A stretch of 48,041 nt of DNA from Octopus bimaculoides (taxonomy: Eukaryota), in NCBI RefSeq assembly GCF_001194135.2, contig NC_068994.1, positions 18,253,705 to 18,301,745 on the forward strand, written 5' to 3'. Of the stretch, positions 22,320 to 34,519 are shown in pieces. Each line of letters begins with the position of its first letter. Position 1 is the first letter of the stretch. Both the position numbers and the translations under genes were made by a program. A model generated the notes under the pieces. It saw nothing but the letters and a program-made list of their open reading frames with translations, searched no databases and was not told the DNA's origin.

Positions 22320-22844
22320 CAAAACAGGAAATTTGAAATTTTCTGGTATTGTTTATTCACCATTACATGTTTTATTTACCAATAGAAATTACAAAATATT
22401 CTTTTATCTCTCTGTCTGAAAAATTTCTCACAGGAAATTTTTTACATGTCTTACAAGAACTTCTAATAGGAAATTGCTTACATGTCTATCCAACATATAA
22501 ATTTTTGCAATTCTTATTAGCAATGAAACATGTATAAAGGAGAATAAATAATACCATGGACATTTCCAATTTCTTGTTTTGTTACACAATAAGTCTGCAA
22601 ATAATATTTTCATAATTCTCCATTTTAATATGTATTTTGAACTAACATACAGCAGCAACTGAGACTACATACTGGATTGTAATAATGGAATGAGCAGATG
22701 TGCATCAAGAGGAAATAGCTAAGATTTACCCTAACTATCTATATAATATATATATACATACAAACATCATAGCTGTAACTTGTCAGCAAGTACAGCTTAG
22801 TGTATGTGTAGTGTATGCATGAATATTTATACACACACACAAAT

Positions 22845-23078
22845 GACCTAGACCTTTGGCATTAAGCCGTGCTTCAGAAGACCCATCAAGCCAAGGGAAA
22901 TCACAGTTGTGGCAGATATTGGTGTCATGCCAGTGGCACATGAGAACACCCATTACACTCTCAGAGTAGTTGGCGTTTGGAAGGGCATCCAGCCGTAGAA
23001 ACCATGCCAAATCAGTCTGGAGTCTGGTGCAGCCTTCCAACTTGCCAGCACGGACAACGGATGTTAAACGATAATGAT
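22845..23078 (+). mobile_element. Family C repeat, relatively young copy
   Basis: GGAAGGGCATCCAGCCGTAGAAACCATGCC...GGATGTTAAACGATAATGATGAT; CpGs retained. Confidence 0.85.
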
Positions 23079-24280
23079 GATATGCATGTGTGTATATATA
23101 CATGTGAGGTACATACATAAATACAAACATACATGCATATGCACATTCTTTCCTTCATTCATTTTATATCCATCTTTCTGATAAAATGATTTGGATGTAT
23201 ATATATTACTGAGATGCTGTTTAACAATCCAATGCCCTTCCAGTTGTTGACCTTTATCAGTTTTCCAAATGAGGGATATTTTATTCCATTAATTCTTTGA
23301 AAGCACGTGGCTAGGGGACATTTTGTTGACAGGTAATCTTAATAAATATCAGTTTTTTTTAGTGCAACACTATCATGTAAAAAATGTAGAATGTAAACAT
23401 TTACCCACACATTCACATACACCATACTGCTTCTGTTAACCAATTCCATTTACAAGGCATAGCTTGGTTCCAGGCTACAGTACAAGACAAGTGCACACTG
23501 GTGCCACTGCTGCCACTGCTGCCACTACCACCACTGTGTTAACATTTGCTTTTCCATGTTTATACAATTTCTGGGGCTGGATGCCTTTCCTGTCACCAAC
23601 CTCACTTGTTCCTGAGTGGAGTAGTAATCATCCAGTCTATTGAACAACAAACAGCTTAGACATGTTTTCATGGTGGACTACAGGCAAATAACACCGTCAG
23701 TGAAACCATTGTTTACAAACCAGAAAGTGTAAAGAAGATATGCACATACACATATATACATATACATACATATACATACATGCATACACACACACACACA
23801 AACACATATAAATACGTAAATACGTATCTTTACAGTCTGACAATGGCTTAGCCAGCTAAAACTTGGAAATCACTCTCAATAATATTCTTGCTTAAGAATA
23901 TACGTATATNNNNNNNNNNNNNNNNNNNNNNNNNNNNNNNNNNNNNNNNNNNNNNNNNNNNNNNNNNNNNNNNNNNNNNNNNNNNNNNNNNNNNNNNNNN
24001 NNNNNNNNNNNNNNNNNNNNNNNNNNNNNNNNNNNNNNNNNNNNNNNNNNNNNNNNNNNNNNNNNNNNNNNNNNNNNNNNNNNNNNNNNNNNNNNNNNNN
24101 NNNNNNNNNNNNNNNNNNNNNNNNNNNNNNNNNNNNNNNNNNNNNNNNNNNNNNNNNNNNNNNNNNNNNNNNNNNNNNNNNNNNNNNNNNNNNNNNNNNN
24201 NNNNNNNNNNNNNNNNNNNNNNNNNNNNNNNNNNNNNNNNNNNNNNNNNNNNNNNNNNNNNNNNNNNNNNNNNNNNNNNN

Positions 24281-24342
<62 letters not shown>

Positions 24343-24448
24343 CTCAAAATCTGAGTAAATAACGATGATGATGATGATGATAATGACGATGATTTAACAG
24401 AAGCAACAGAGTGACTGAAGCTCTGAGAGTTTCATGCATTGGCACCTG

Positions 24449-24486
<38 letters not shown>

Positions 24487-24537
24487 CACGCACACACACA
24501 CACATATGTATATAGATATAGATATACACATACATAC

Positions 24538-24960
24538 ATATGAAGTTTGATCAAAAAGTATTAGGACTGGAGTTATAAAAAGAAAACTACAACATGTATC
24601 AATTTGGTATTTAAATCTCTTTTGAAGTGGACCCTTTCTAAAGCCATACACTTTATCCAGTGTCATTCCATTCATGGAAGCTTTCCTGGAATTCCTATTT
24701 TTGTGATAGTAAGCAGTTGCCTTGTCGCATTCTCTTGGATTTCCTCAATATCTTGAAACCTTGTTGGGGGTCTTCCACTGCAAAGGCTGAGCCTTGGTTT
24801 TGTGGTCAAAGCCATAGACCCACAATTCATCACCTGTTATGATCATTTTCAAAAGGTTTTTGTCTTCCTTGACCAAATCAATGAGATCCTGCACAGCTAA
24901 ATCCTGATTTTCTTTTTGAGACAACCTCACTCTACACATTTTACTTCCAAGAACTGCTAC
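24538..24960 (-). mobile_element. Mariner fragment with large internal deletion and one terminal region
   Basis: LLKMIITGDELWVYGFDHKTKAQPLQW (first catalytic D motif) joined to a C-terminal FQESFHEW..HWIKCMALERVHFKRD segment; TIR-like TGATCAAAAAGTATTAGGACT at about 24549-24569. Confidence 0.82.
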
Positions 24961-25069
24961 AAACAGTGGAAGTGAGTGAAAATGTCATAACAGAGTTCAA
25001 GGTCAGCCATTTCGTACCAAGCAGCTTCACTCTGTGTGTGTGTGTGTGTGCATGGAGGGCATGAATGTC

Positions 25070-25485
25070 TTTTACTTTTTACTTATTACAGTTGTTGGAC
25101 TCTGACCATGCTGGGGCACCACTTTGAAAGGTTTAGTCACTCAGATCAATCCCAGTACTTAGTTCAACTCTGGTATTTATTCCATCAGTTCCCCTTTGCT
25201 GAAGTGCTAAGTTTTGGGATGTAGACAAACCAAGACCAGTTGACATGTGGTGGGAGGACAAGCAAAGGCACAAAGACAAACACACACATGTATGCACACA
25301 CACACACACACACACACACACGATGGGCTTCCATACAGTTTTAACTACCAAATCCACTCACAAGGCACATGTTGGCTCAGGGCTAAAATAGAAAACACTT
25401 GCTCAAGTTGCTGTGCAGTGGGACTGAACCCAAAATCCACATGGCCACAAAGCAAGCTTGTTAATTACATATCCATGCTTACACC
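25070..25485 (-). mobile_element. SINE family B, near full length, with internal (CA)n expansion
   Basis: Tail, internal microsatellite, CORE-like ACACTTGCTCAAGTTG and B box GGGACTGAACCC. Confidence 0.85.
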
Positions 25486-25575
25486 TAGATATGTATATGA
25501 AGCTCAAGTATACATGAATTATAAATATAGGTGCTTTTAAAACCCAAGTGAATATGAGAAGCTTTATATATATAC

Positions 25576-25630
<55 letters not shown>

Positions 25631-26102
25631 CATACACACACACACACACCTATATATATTTACAAACTATAGGTGTATATGAAATCCAAAAAATGTTCTA
25701 TTATTAAGCCTTTCATTTTGGATAGCATCCAAACAAGCTAACGCTTGTGCTGCAGAGGTAGTTGGCAGGCCAAAACTTACTGCACAGTATTACTGCATCA
25801 AAACAGCAGATCTTATTATGCAACATGTAACATTTGAAGCAGAAAAGTCAACAGATGACAAACCATAGCATCTCTTTCTGATTATATGCAGATGCATATG
25901 GGAGTCACTGAAGGGTTGTGGTTGATCTCAGAAAATGGGATGATGGCCAAAAGAGAGTGGGAGCTAACAATGGTCATGGTAACCTAAGCAGTTGCTAACA
26001 ATGAAAATCAGCCTTAATTACAAGGATTTCAACATTTTCAGAATTGTAACTGTGGATGTGGGTTCAATTCAAACCTTGTCCCAGTTCTTCTATCTGTTAT
26101 TC

Positions 26103-26330
26103 CTTTGTTTTTATTTCAGACATTGACAGCAGCCATGCTGGAGCACTGCCTTGAAAATCCGATAATCACATGACTCAATCCCAGTACTATTTTCTTTTCC
26201 TAAGCCTGGTGCTTATTCTATTGGTTTCTTTTGTTGAACTGCTGAGTTACAGGGATGTAAACACAGCAACACTGGCTGTCAAGTGATGGTGAAAGACAAA
26301 GACAGACACAAAGACACACACATGTATGTG

Positions 26331-26366
<36 letters not shown>

Positions 26367-26650
26367 NNNNNNNNNNATTAGACTCCTTAAGGATCGTTCT
26401 AAATTAGACTCCTTTTGCGGTGAAATCTCTTGCTATATTGGTAATGATTACATGTTTTTCTATGAACAAATATATATATATATATATATATGACGGGCTT
26501 CTTTCAGTTTCTGTCTACCAAGTCCACTCACAAGGCCTTGGTTGACCCAAGGCTGTAGTAGAAGACACTTGCCCAAATTTCCATGCAATGGAACTGAGCC
26601 CAGAAACATGTGGTTGGGAAGCAAATTTCTTATCACACAGCCATGCCTGT
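26103..26650 (-). mobile_element. SINE family B copy split at its internal microsatellite by (TA)n, a gap and a unique insert
   Basis: 3' half 26103-26340 and 5' half about 26490-26650 are collinear with 46131-46465. Confidence 0.85.
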
Positions 26651-26700
26651 GTGATAAGTAAAGTCCCTTTACTTTCTTTGATATTACATATATTCTTAAT

Positions 26701-27362
26701 AATTAGCACATCCAACTTAAACTGGATGTGTTGTCTAGATTGCCTTTAAACCACTATTAACGTCCAGAGATAACTACCTTGCATTGTTAACACATGTTCA
26801 TTATGCCCATTAGTGGATGGCACTAATGTATCATGTGGTTTCACAGTTACTGCAAATCATCAGCTGCAGTCCAGCTTCGTACCAAATGCCAGAACAAATA
26901 TCAGTGAAACCGATATAGCACAATAGCCAAACAACCAACAATGTTGCAAAATGCAGGTGGGCTATGAATAAATTAGCTATTAGGACAGTAGTAGTATTTG
27001 TAACAGACAATAGTTAGAACATCCCTAAATTTAAATTCTGCCGAGGTCAAATTTGCCTTTCATCCTTTTGGAGTCTATAAAATAAGTATCAGTTAAGCAC
27101 TGAAATTGATGTAACCAACTTAGATCCTTCCCCAAAATTTCTGGCCTTGTGCCACAGTTTGAAACTAATAATTAGAATATCTAGTTTAAATTGGATGTCT
27201 TGTCTAGATTGCTGCCATCAACTATGGCAGACTATCATTTCGTTAGCCAATGTGGTCAATGCTTAATGAGCACTGTCGATATGAGATAGCATCTTCGGAC
27301 AAAGGAGGCAGTTTAAAGGTGATCAAAAGCAACATATCCAGTTTAAGTTGAATGAGCTAATT
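26701..27362. mobile_element. Composite non-autonomous TIR element(s) containing a SINE A fragment
   Basis: AATTAGCACATCCAACTTAAACTGGATGTGTTG (26701-) matches the reverse complement of the end at 27362 and is directly repeated at 27170-27212; SINE A 3' part at about 27030-27168. Confidence 0.65.
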
Positions 27363-27784
27363 ATTATTTGTTACAAATACTGCTGCTGTTCTTCATGGCT
27401 GATTTACATATATTCCTAATGTATACATACTTAAAAAAATATTAACTGATTAACACACACACACACAGAGTTTTGTAGCACAGTCTGATTTGCTAAAGCA
27501 TTGTGAAATGAGTCCCAATTATATAGGGAAAGGATGTCTTTAGATTGTTGTTTAGTTCAACCAGATCAGACTTGACTCAGTAGATTTATGATCAAAGGTA
27601 TTTTAGTCATGGCTAACCCTTCATTTGATTTATCAGGCATGCAGACAGTTGAGCATATACTTCCTCAAATTTTTAGGAGAAATGTGAAATTGAAATATTC
27701 CGGCCTTTCCTCAATGACATTAGCAATTTAAGCAAAGTGAAAATAATAGAAATATGGAGCACAAAATAACACAATCCTGCTGGT

Positions 27785-28083
27785 GGTGTAAAAGCACTCG
27801 TGGTGATGCCATGTAAAAGTGCCTGTGCGGTGCCATGTAAAAGCACCTGTGCAGTGCCACATAAAAACACCCATTTGGTGCCATGAGAAAGTGCCTGTGC
27901 GGTGCCACATAAAAGCATCCAGCATACACTGCAAAGTGGTTGGTGTTAGCAGGGGTGTTTAGTGGTAGAAACCATGCCAAAACTGACATGGAGTTTGGTG
28001 CAGCTCCACAGCTTGCCAACTCTGGTCAAACCATCCAACTCATGCCAGCATGGACAATGGATGTTAAATGATGATGATGATGA
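27785..28083 (+). repeat. 24-bp tandem array (about 6 degenerate units, GTGCCATGTAAAAGTGCCTGTGCG) leading into a family C repeat
   Basis: Units visible 27785-27925; family C with (GAT)n tail to 28083. Confidence 0.85.
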
Positions 28084-28087
28084 CCCT

Positions 28088-28340
<253 letters not shown>

Positions 28341-28799
28341 AATAAAAGAAATAATTACGATACACTAGGATTGATTTGGTTGTTGTGGTTTAGCTCTAGG
28401 TTAAACCCTAATTGAATAAGACTTATGATCAAAGATGTTCTGGCTTGACCATTTAGTTTTTATTTTTCAATGTGTCTCCCAGGACTACATTGATATATAT
28501 TTCTTTCCTTTCTGGACATATGGCCAACTCTGGCATTAGTAGGCACAATGCTCTTAATCTCATCGCACTTAAACAAAATAGATGATATACCATTTATCCA
28601 AACATCATTTCCTCTTAAATACCTTTGTACTTGCTCTCTCAATCATCAACCTTGTTACTAACTCAATCATTTCTTGAAACCTCTACAGCCTCAGACAGCA
28701 ACCAACCCCAGACCATTATTAGGAACAATACTTATTTCATTTTGATGATTCTCTCACATATAAACAGATATTGTGACTATATAAGGTGTGGGTCATCTT

Positions 28800-29940
28800 A
28801 TCAGATGTGCAGACCATCGGCTTCTCCAGATATGAGGATGACATTCATTCTGATGCTGACGTGTCATGAGGAGGCAAATAGTTCAATGGGACTTTGAAAT
28901 AAAACATCCCAATGATACCAGATCTCTCTTGTACACCAGTTGATTTTCAACTCAAAACTTCAGAGAAAGGATTTATTAATACAAGCTTCCCCAGTAAAAC
29001 TGCTTATATTAGTTTATTTGTGCATTGTAGATCAGCAATACCAATCAGTACTGAGGTGTGGAATGATATCTTCTGTGTAAACAGATGCAGCAAAGCAGAA
29101 AACAGAATTGCCTGTATCATGCAGATCAAAAGAATGCTAATGGATAATGAGTACCCAGGCTGGTTTTAAGTCAATAAGATAGATTTATTCAAATTGGGCC
29201 TTGAACCAAGAGAGGGCCATGTGAGTAGAGGACACTATGATGAATCTTTAATATATCATTGTGGATAATGGTGAAACCTCAAACCCTCAACGCTTTTTGG
29301 CTGGGACTGGCATTCTACACAAAGCAAAAAACACTGATCTTCAGCTTTGTAGAGTAGGAGGCCCCACTGATAATTCTCTAATTGGGCTCCACACTTCCTA
29401 GTGCTGGCCCTGTGAATATCCAGCATCCTTCACTAGTCACCAGACTAATATTAAACCACCAAAGAATGTTCACATCTCCAAACAACAGTATTCCTTTCTA
29501 AAACTCATACTTTCATTATAGAATCACTGTTGCAATCTGTCATGAAATCTGTAGGTGGTGGGGTGTGCCTAAATATACAACTTGTACATGCTGGGTCTTT
29601 TCTGAAAATATTCTTGTCATAGAATTGGTTTACACAAAGCAAAAATATATGTGTACTGGCTGACTGCCATATCAACGATGTAGATGTGTTCATGGGCTTA
29701 TGTCGTGTACCACATAGCTTGGAATATATGTGGAAGATTTTACATCAGAAGTACTATCTGAAAAGTGCATATCCATGATAAAGAACACATTCACACAAAT
29801 TCTTCTGTTAGAAACCATTTGGAAAGATGGAACAACCAGGATGTCAAAGCCACAAAACTACTAATTCTGTGCAAATTTAAAATTAATCTCTATTTTCTCT
29901 TAATAAAAGCCCTTTTAAGCTAAAATGCTGGACTATTGAA
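28800..29940 (+). mobile_element. Penelope-like retroelement remnant (RT core and thumb, linker, GIY-YIG endonuclease)
   Basis: FSRYEDDI (decayed RYVDD) at about 28822-28845; thumb GFINTSFPSKTAYISLFVHCRSAIP...RCS...MLMDNEYP; GIY-YIG VVYHIAWNICGRFYIRSTI*KVHIHDKEHIHTNSSVRNHL in one frame from 29702. Confidence 0.78.
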
Positions 29941-30148
29941 ACACTTTATTTCAAAATGTTTCATGTAAACTAGAATATATATATATCATAAGCAATAGAG
30001 TGACTCAAGGACTGAGGATTTCTTGTGTTGACACTTATCAAATGTACAAAACTCTCAGCCCCATGCCACTCTGTTCCTTCCACTAAATATCAATAAAAAG
30101 ATATACATTTACTCATATTTGAGTTCTGTTTTGCCTCTTTGCATCACA

Positions 30149-30206
<58 letters not shown>

Positions 30207-30346
30207 CTGTATAAGAGTTTATACATGGAGAGGAAACCAGCATGTGAATTCCTTACATGCTAAAAAGGGCAATCAAAACCCAAACCACGAAAGAGATATT
30301 CTTACATTGCACGTTGCTTGCAGGACACTTGAATGAATAAAAATCT

Positions 30347-30452
30347 CAGTTACCCTATACCCATGAGTTTCACTATTAATGATCAAATAAATCAATTAAT
30401 TAGACAATCAATTGATTAATTAACCATCTGTGGCTCGTCAGTAAGGTTGCTG
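30347..30452 (-). ncRNA. Type I hammerhead ribozyme motif, partly decayed
   Basis: CUGACGA core 30441-30435; long AU-rich stem II 30434-30372 with weak G.U closure; GAA 30371-30369; stem III ACUCAUGGGU 30368-30359; GUA triplet with A17 = 30358; stem I 30442-30452 / 30357-30347 (6 bp, 2x2 loop, 3 bp). Confidence 0.65.
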
Positions 30453-30652
30453 GCAAATGCATAATTATGAAACTATAATACATACCGAAAGCACGAAGTA
30501 TACATGTGCACACTTAGTTCCATCTTTATACTTCAAGAATTCAAATCGAATGCCCCTAATCAACATACAGAGTCAGAGTAGTACAGCAGTGAATAAATTC
30601 ACCATATATTATCCAACTGTAGAATTTAAATATTTATTTATAAATATATATA

Positions 30653-31890
30653 TAGGGTCATCCCATAAAGAATGCAGTTTATTTATAGTTCTATTTTTCA
30701 AAATTAAGATAAAGTTCTTTTTTAATCTAAAATACACTCTCCTTCATTTTCTACAATGCTCTTCCATCTATCTGGTAGACTTGCAAGGCCCCTCTTCTAA
30801 AATTCACTTGTCTGTGATGAAAAATACTCCTCCAGTACTGTTCTGACCTCATCTACAGAATTCATATTTTTTCCATCCATATAATTTTGAAGATTGCAGA
30901 ATAAATGATAAATCAGATGGGGGTAATGTCTGGCGAATATGGTAGGTGGGGCATTGTTTCCCATTCAAACTGCTCCAGCTTTTGGAATGTCATCCTTACT
31001 GTATGTGGCTCAGTATTATCCTGATGGAAGAACACCTTTTGTCTTGAAACCAAAGATGGTCATTTTCCTTCTTGTGCAGACTTAAGCCACTGAAGCTGTT
31101 TGCAGTAGATCTTTGTAATTGTTTGGTTTGGGTTTAAAAGTTCAAAGTGGACAAAACCTATCACATCCCACCAAACAGATAACACCTTACACCGGTGAAA
31201 ACCTTTAGCCTGGGATGCTGGTGGTTCTCCTTTCCCTACCCACTGTCTTCGGTGCTTGTCAATTTTATAGAGAATCCATTTCAGTCCAAAAAATGTTCAT
31301 TCATGAGATGTGATAGCAAAGAAGAGCACACATTCAGTCTCTGCATGCGATTAGATTCAGAAAGTTTGTGAGGAACCCATTGAACCAATTTGCTGACTTT
31401 TCCGATGGCATGCAGGTGCCAATGAATGGTTGAATGACTAAATCTAAGCTTCTCTGCTAGTTCCTCAACAATTATGATGAGTTTGCAGGATGTCCACATC
31501 AAGCTCTACAGATCTTTCAGGACAAGGCTTGTCTTCTAAGTGGCAGTTTCCACCTGGAAATTTCTGGAACCCCAATGAGACTGGCTTACGCTTATTGTCA
31601 GATCCCCATATACCGCATTAATATTCCTTGCACTTTCAGTTGCGTTGTTACCTTTATTAAACTCATAAGGCAAAATATGCCAAATATGCTCCTTTGTCAC
31701 TTCCATTATAGCTTTGAAAATATAACTGTTAAAATCTAACTGCACTCTTCAAAACTTTCAGTAAGAGGAAACACAAGGTAAAATTACTACCTACTTTTAC
31801 ATCAAGTTGATTGTAGGTAGTTTATTTTGTTCCCCTCAGACTTTTAGTTCATGCAATTGAAAAAACTGAATTATTTATGGGGCGACCCCA
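30653..31890 (-). mobile_element. Near-full-length mariner (DD34D) element, 1238 bp, with TIRs and TA target duplication
   Basis: About 28-bp TIRs with 5 mismatches (TAGGGTCATCCCATAAAGAATGCAGTTT versus TGGGGTCGCCCCATAAATAATTCAGTTT); TA at 30651-30652 and 31891-31892. Confidence 0.93.
30722..31706 (-). pseudogene. Mariner transposase pseudogene
   Basis: MEVTKEHI...YEFNKG HTH, WVPHKL linker, FHQDN..PH, YSPD..PSD (34-residue spacing after frameshift repair), RWKSIVENEGE.ILD*; frameshifts, stops and loss of the IVTGDE motif. Confidence 0.92.
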
Positions 31891-32123
31891 TATACACACA
31901 CATGTATATATTAGTTAATACATTTTACATTTATGATTCATGCTATAAGGCACCCCACTATATGTGCATCACACACACATGATGGAAGAATATTTTGACT
32001 TTACTGCTCATTTATGCATGCTTGGTTATGGGATACCTCATACTTTATAACAACTCATTGAATTAAGAGGGAAAGGATGTGTTTATGTACTGAGAGTATC
32101 AGTTGGAGATACTCTCACTCAGT

Positions 32124-32509
32124 GGAGGCGCAATGGCCCAGTGGTTAGAGCAGCAGACTCGCGGTCATAGGATCGCGGTTTCGATTCCCAGACCGGGTGT
32201 TGTGAGTGTTTATTGAGCAAAGACACCTAAAGTTCCACGAGGCTCCAGTAGGGGGTGGTGGTGAACCCTGCTGTACTCCTTCACCACAACTTTCTCTCAC
32301 TCTTACTTCCTGTTTCTGTTGTGCCTGTAATTCAAAGGGTCAGCCTTGTCACACTGTGTCACGCTGAATATCCCCCAGAACTACGTTAAGGGTACACGTG
32401 TCTGTGGAGTGCTCAGCCACTTGCACGTTAATTTTACGAGCAGGCTGTTCCGTTGATCGGTTCAACTGGAACCCTCGACGTCGTAACCGACAGAGTGCCA
32501 ACAACAACA
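32124..32509 (+). mobile_element. Young tRNA-derived SINE (family G) with (CAA)n tail and perfect 13-bp TSD
   Basis: A box TGGCCCAGTGG, B box GGTTTCGATTCC; TSD ACTCTCACTCAGT at 32111-32123 and 32510-32522; CpG-rich. Confidence 0.93.
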
Positions 32510-33554
32510 ACTCTCACTCAGTAAGAGTTAGTAAGGAACATTAGGTGTGATATCCATGTCCTCCTTTAAAGTTGACAAGATGCTGTTCTTATGTTTAATC
32601 ACATACAAATACACACACACTCTGACTACCTAAGAGGGGTTAAGTGATCTGAGTTTGAAGTCTGCTCATGGTTTAGCATCTCTGTGATATTTCCCTTTCA
32701 GTTAGTCACCATGTAGAAGGGGTACAGCATGCATTTATAACATCCATTTAGCCCACCCTGAAGATAATGCGGCTAATTACAATTCATTACTTATGGTATT
32801 TTAAACATGAATCATTAAAACAAACACAAGATAATGAGAACCATGCAACGTAAGAAGATTGTTACAAAATTATTTAGTGTTTGTTCTATATGATTTAAAG
32901 GAATCCTTTTTGTTCATTGCTTCATGTTGTTTAACCCCAGGTCATCATTAATTTAAAAGACCTGTAATCAGACATTCAAAGCCTTCCAGCCACAAAACCC
33001 TGCGTTCTTTTTCAAACAGTATATCAAAGTGCATATTATCTAAAATGTCTTCTCTTTTTTAAGATGGCACAAATTTGATTTGAAGGACATTTGGCTGCTT
33101 TTTTTTCCAGCAAGAAAATAGAATAGACATTGCATAGAATAGAAACCAGCAACTTCTCTATGTAGTGACTCATTTTTGATCCACTTTTTCAATATTTGAT
33201 CTGGGCTTACATGTTTATTATATCAGATCTTAAATATAAAAACATTGTTGTGTATATTCTAATTGCCATCACTGGAAATGTATATATAAGTAAAAATTAG
33301 AAGAAAAAAAAATCATACAGATTGTAACACAAAAGACTATCTATGCCATTAATTGAACTCGGATATCCTTCTCAAAATGTAACAAACAAAAACGTTTCTG
33401 AAGTTGTTTCTATGTGTATCTTAAAAAATAGCAGGTTGGATAAATTACTGAACAAGTTTCAGATGAACCAAGAGATGTAACTGTAACACAGGCATATTTC
33501 AGAATAGAAATATTTGTCTCCTTATTTAAGTGAATGGTCAATGCCACATTAGTG

Positions 33555-34265
33555 TAACAGGTTAACACTCTTGGGCTAGATCACAAATGAACACTCTTGT
33601 GCTGTGTCACAGATTAACACTCTTGTGCTGCATCACAGATTAACACTCTTGTGTTGTGTCACAGATTAACACTCTTGTGCTGTGTCACAGATTAACACTT
33701 TTGTGCTGCATCACAGATTAACACTCTTGTGTTGTGTCACAGATTAACACTCTTNNNNNNNNNNNNNNNNNNNNNNNNNNNNNNNNNNNNNNNNNNNNNN
33801 NNNNNNNNNNNNNNNNNNNNNNNNNNNNNNNNNNNNNNNNNNNNNNNNNNNNNNNNNNNNNNNNNNNNNNNNNNNNNNNNNNNNNNNNNNNNNNNNNNNN
33901 NNNNNNNNNNNNNNNNNNNNNNNNNNNNNNNNNNNNNNNNNNNNNNNNNNNNNNNNNNNNNNNNNNNNNNNNNNNNNNNNNNNNNNNNNNNNNNNNNNNN
34001 NNNNNNNNNNNNNNNNNNNNNNNNNNNNNNNNNNNNNNNNNNNNNNNNNNNNNNNNNNNNNNNNNNNNNNNNNNNNNNNNNNNNNNNNNNNNNNNNNNNN
34101 NNNNNNNNNNNNNNNCAGATTAACACTTTTGTGCTGTGTCACACATTAACACTTGTGCTGTGTCACAGATTAACACTTTTGTGCTGTGTCACAGATTAAC
34201 AATCTTGTGCTGTGTCACAGATTAACAATCTTGTGCTGTGTCACAAATTAACAATCTTGTGCTGT
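33555..34265. repeat. 26-bp minisatellite (CACAGATTAACACTCTTGTGCTGTGT)n spanning a 361-N gap
   Basis: About 8 units left and 6 units right of the gap, head to tail with no spacers. Confidence 0.96.
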
Positions 34266-34484
34266 TGGCAAGATACATAGAGTTCTCATTTACAAAATAC
34301 ATCACTCAACAAGCTTAAATTTTGCTTCATTTAACTATTTTACAAATATTTAAACATATCTTTGTTTTACATTGAACATTATTTTACAGCTCCAAGCTAT
34401 TTCTATTGCAGCTTAGCACCAGTTCAGTCCTGACTGAGGAAGACACTTGAGGTCAAAGGTGCTGTATCAGTGACCATCCAATTC

Positions 34485-34519
<35 letters not shown>

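Noticed and set aside
25965-26000. RFX X-box-like CATGGTAAC / GTTGCTAAC and scattered CAGCTG E-boxes as neur enhancers
   Set aside because: Incomplete matches; such short motifs cannot be supported without conservation data.
26820-26870. Minus-strand CTGATGA...GAAAC hammerhead-like motif
   Set aside because: Stem II does not start at position 10.1, no GUH closes stem III, and there is no stem I.
32124-32200. tRNA gene (also the heads at 15330-15399, 18900-18970, 19605-19675)
   Set aside because: A and B boxes continue into SINE bodies, most with TSDs; no convincing full cloverleaf.
33555-34265. CRISPR-like array
   Set aside because: Units are head to tail with no unique spacers, no cas genes, eukaryotic context.
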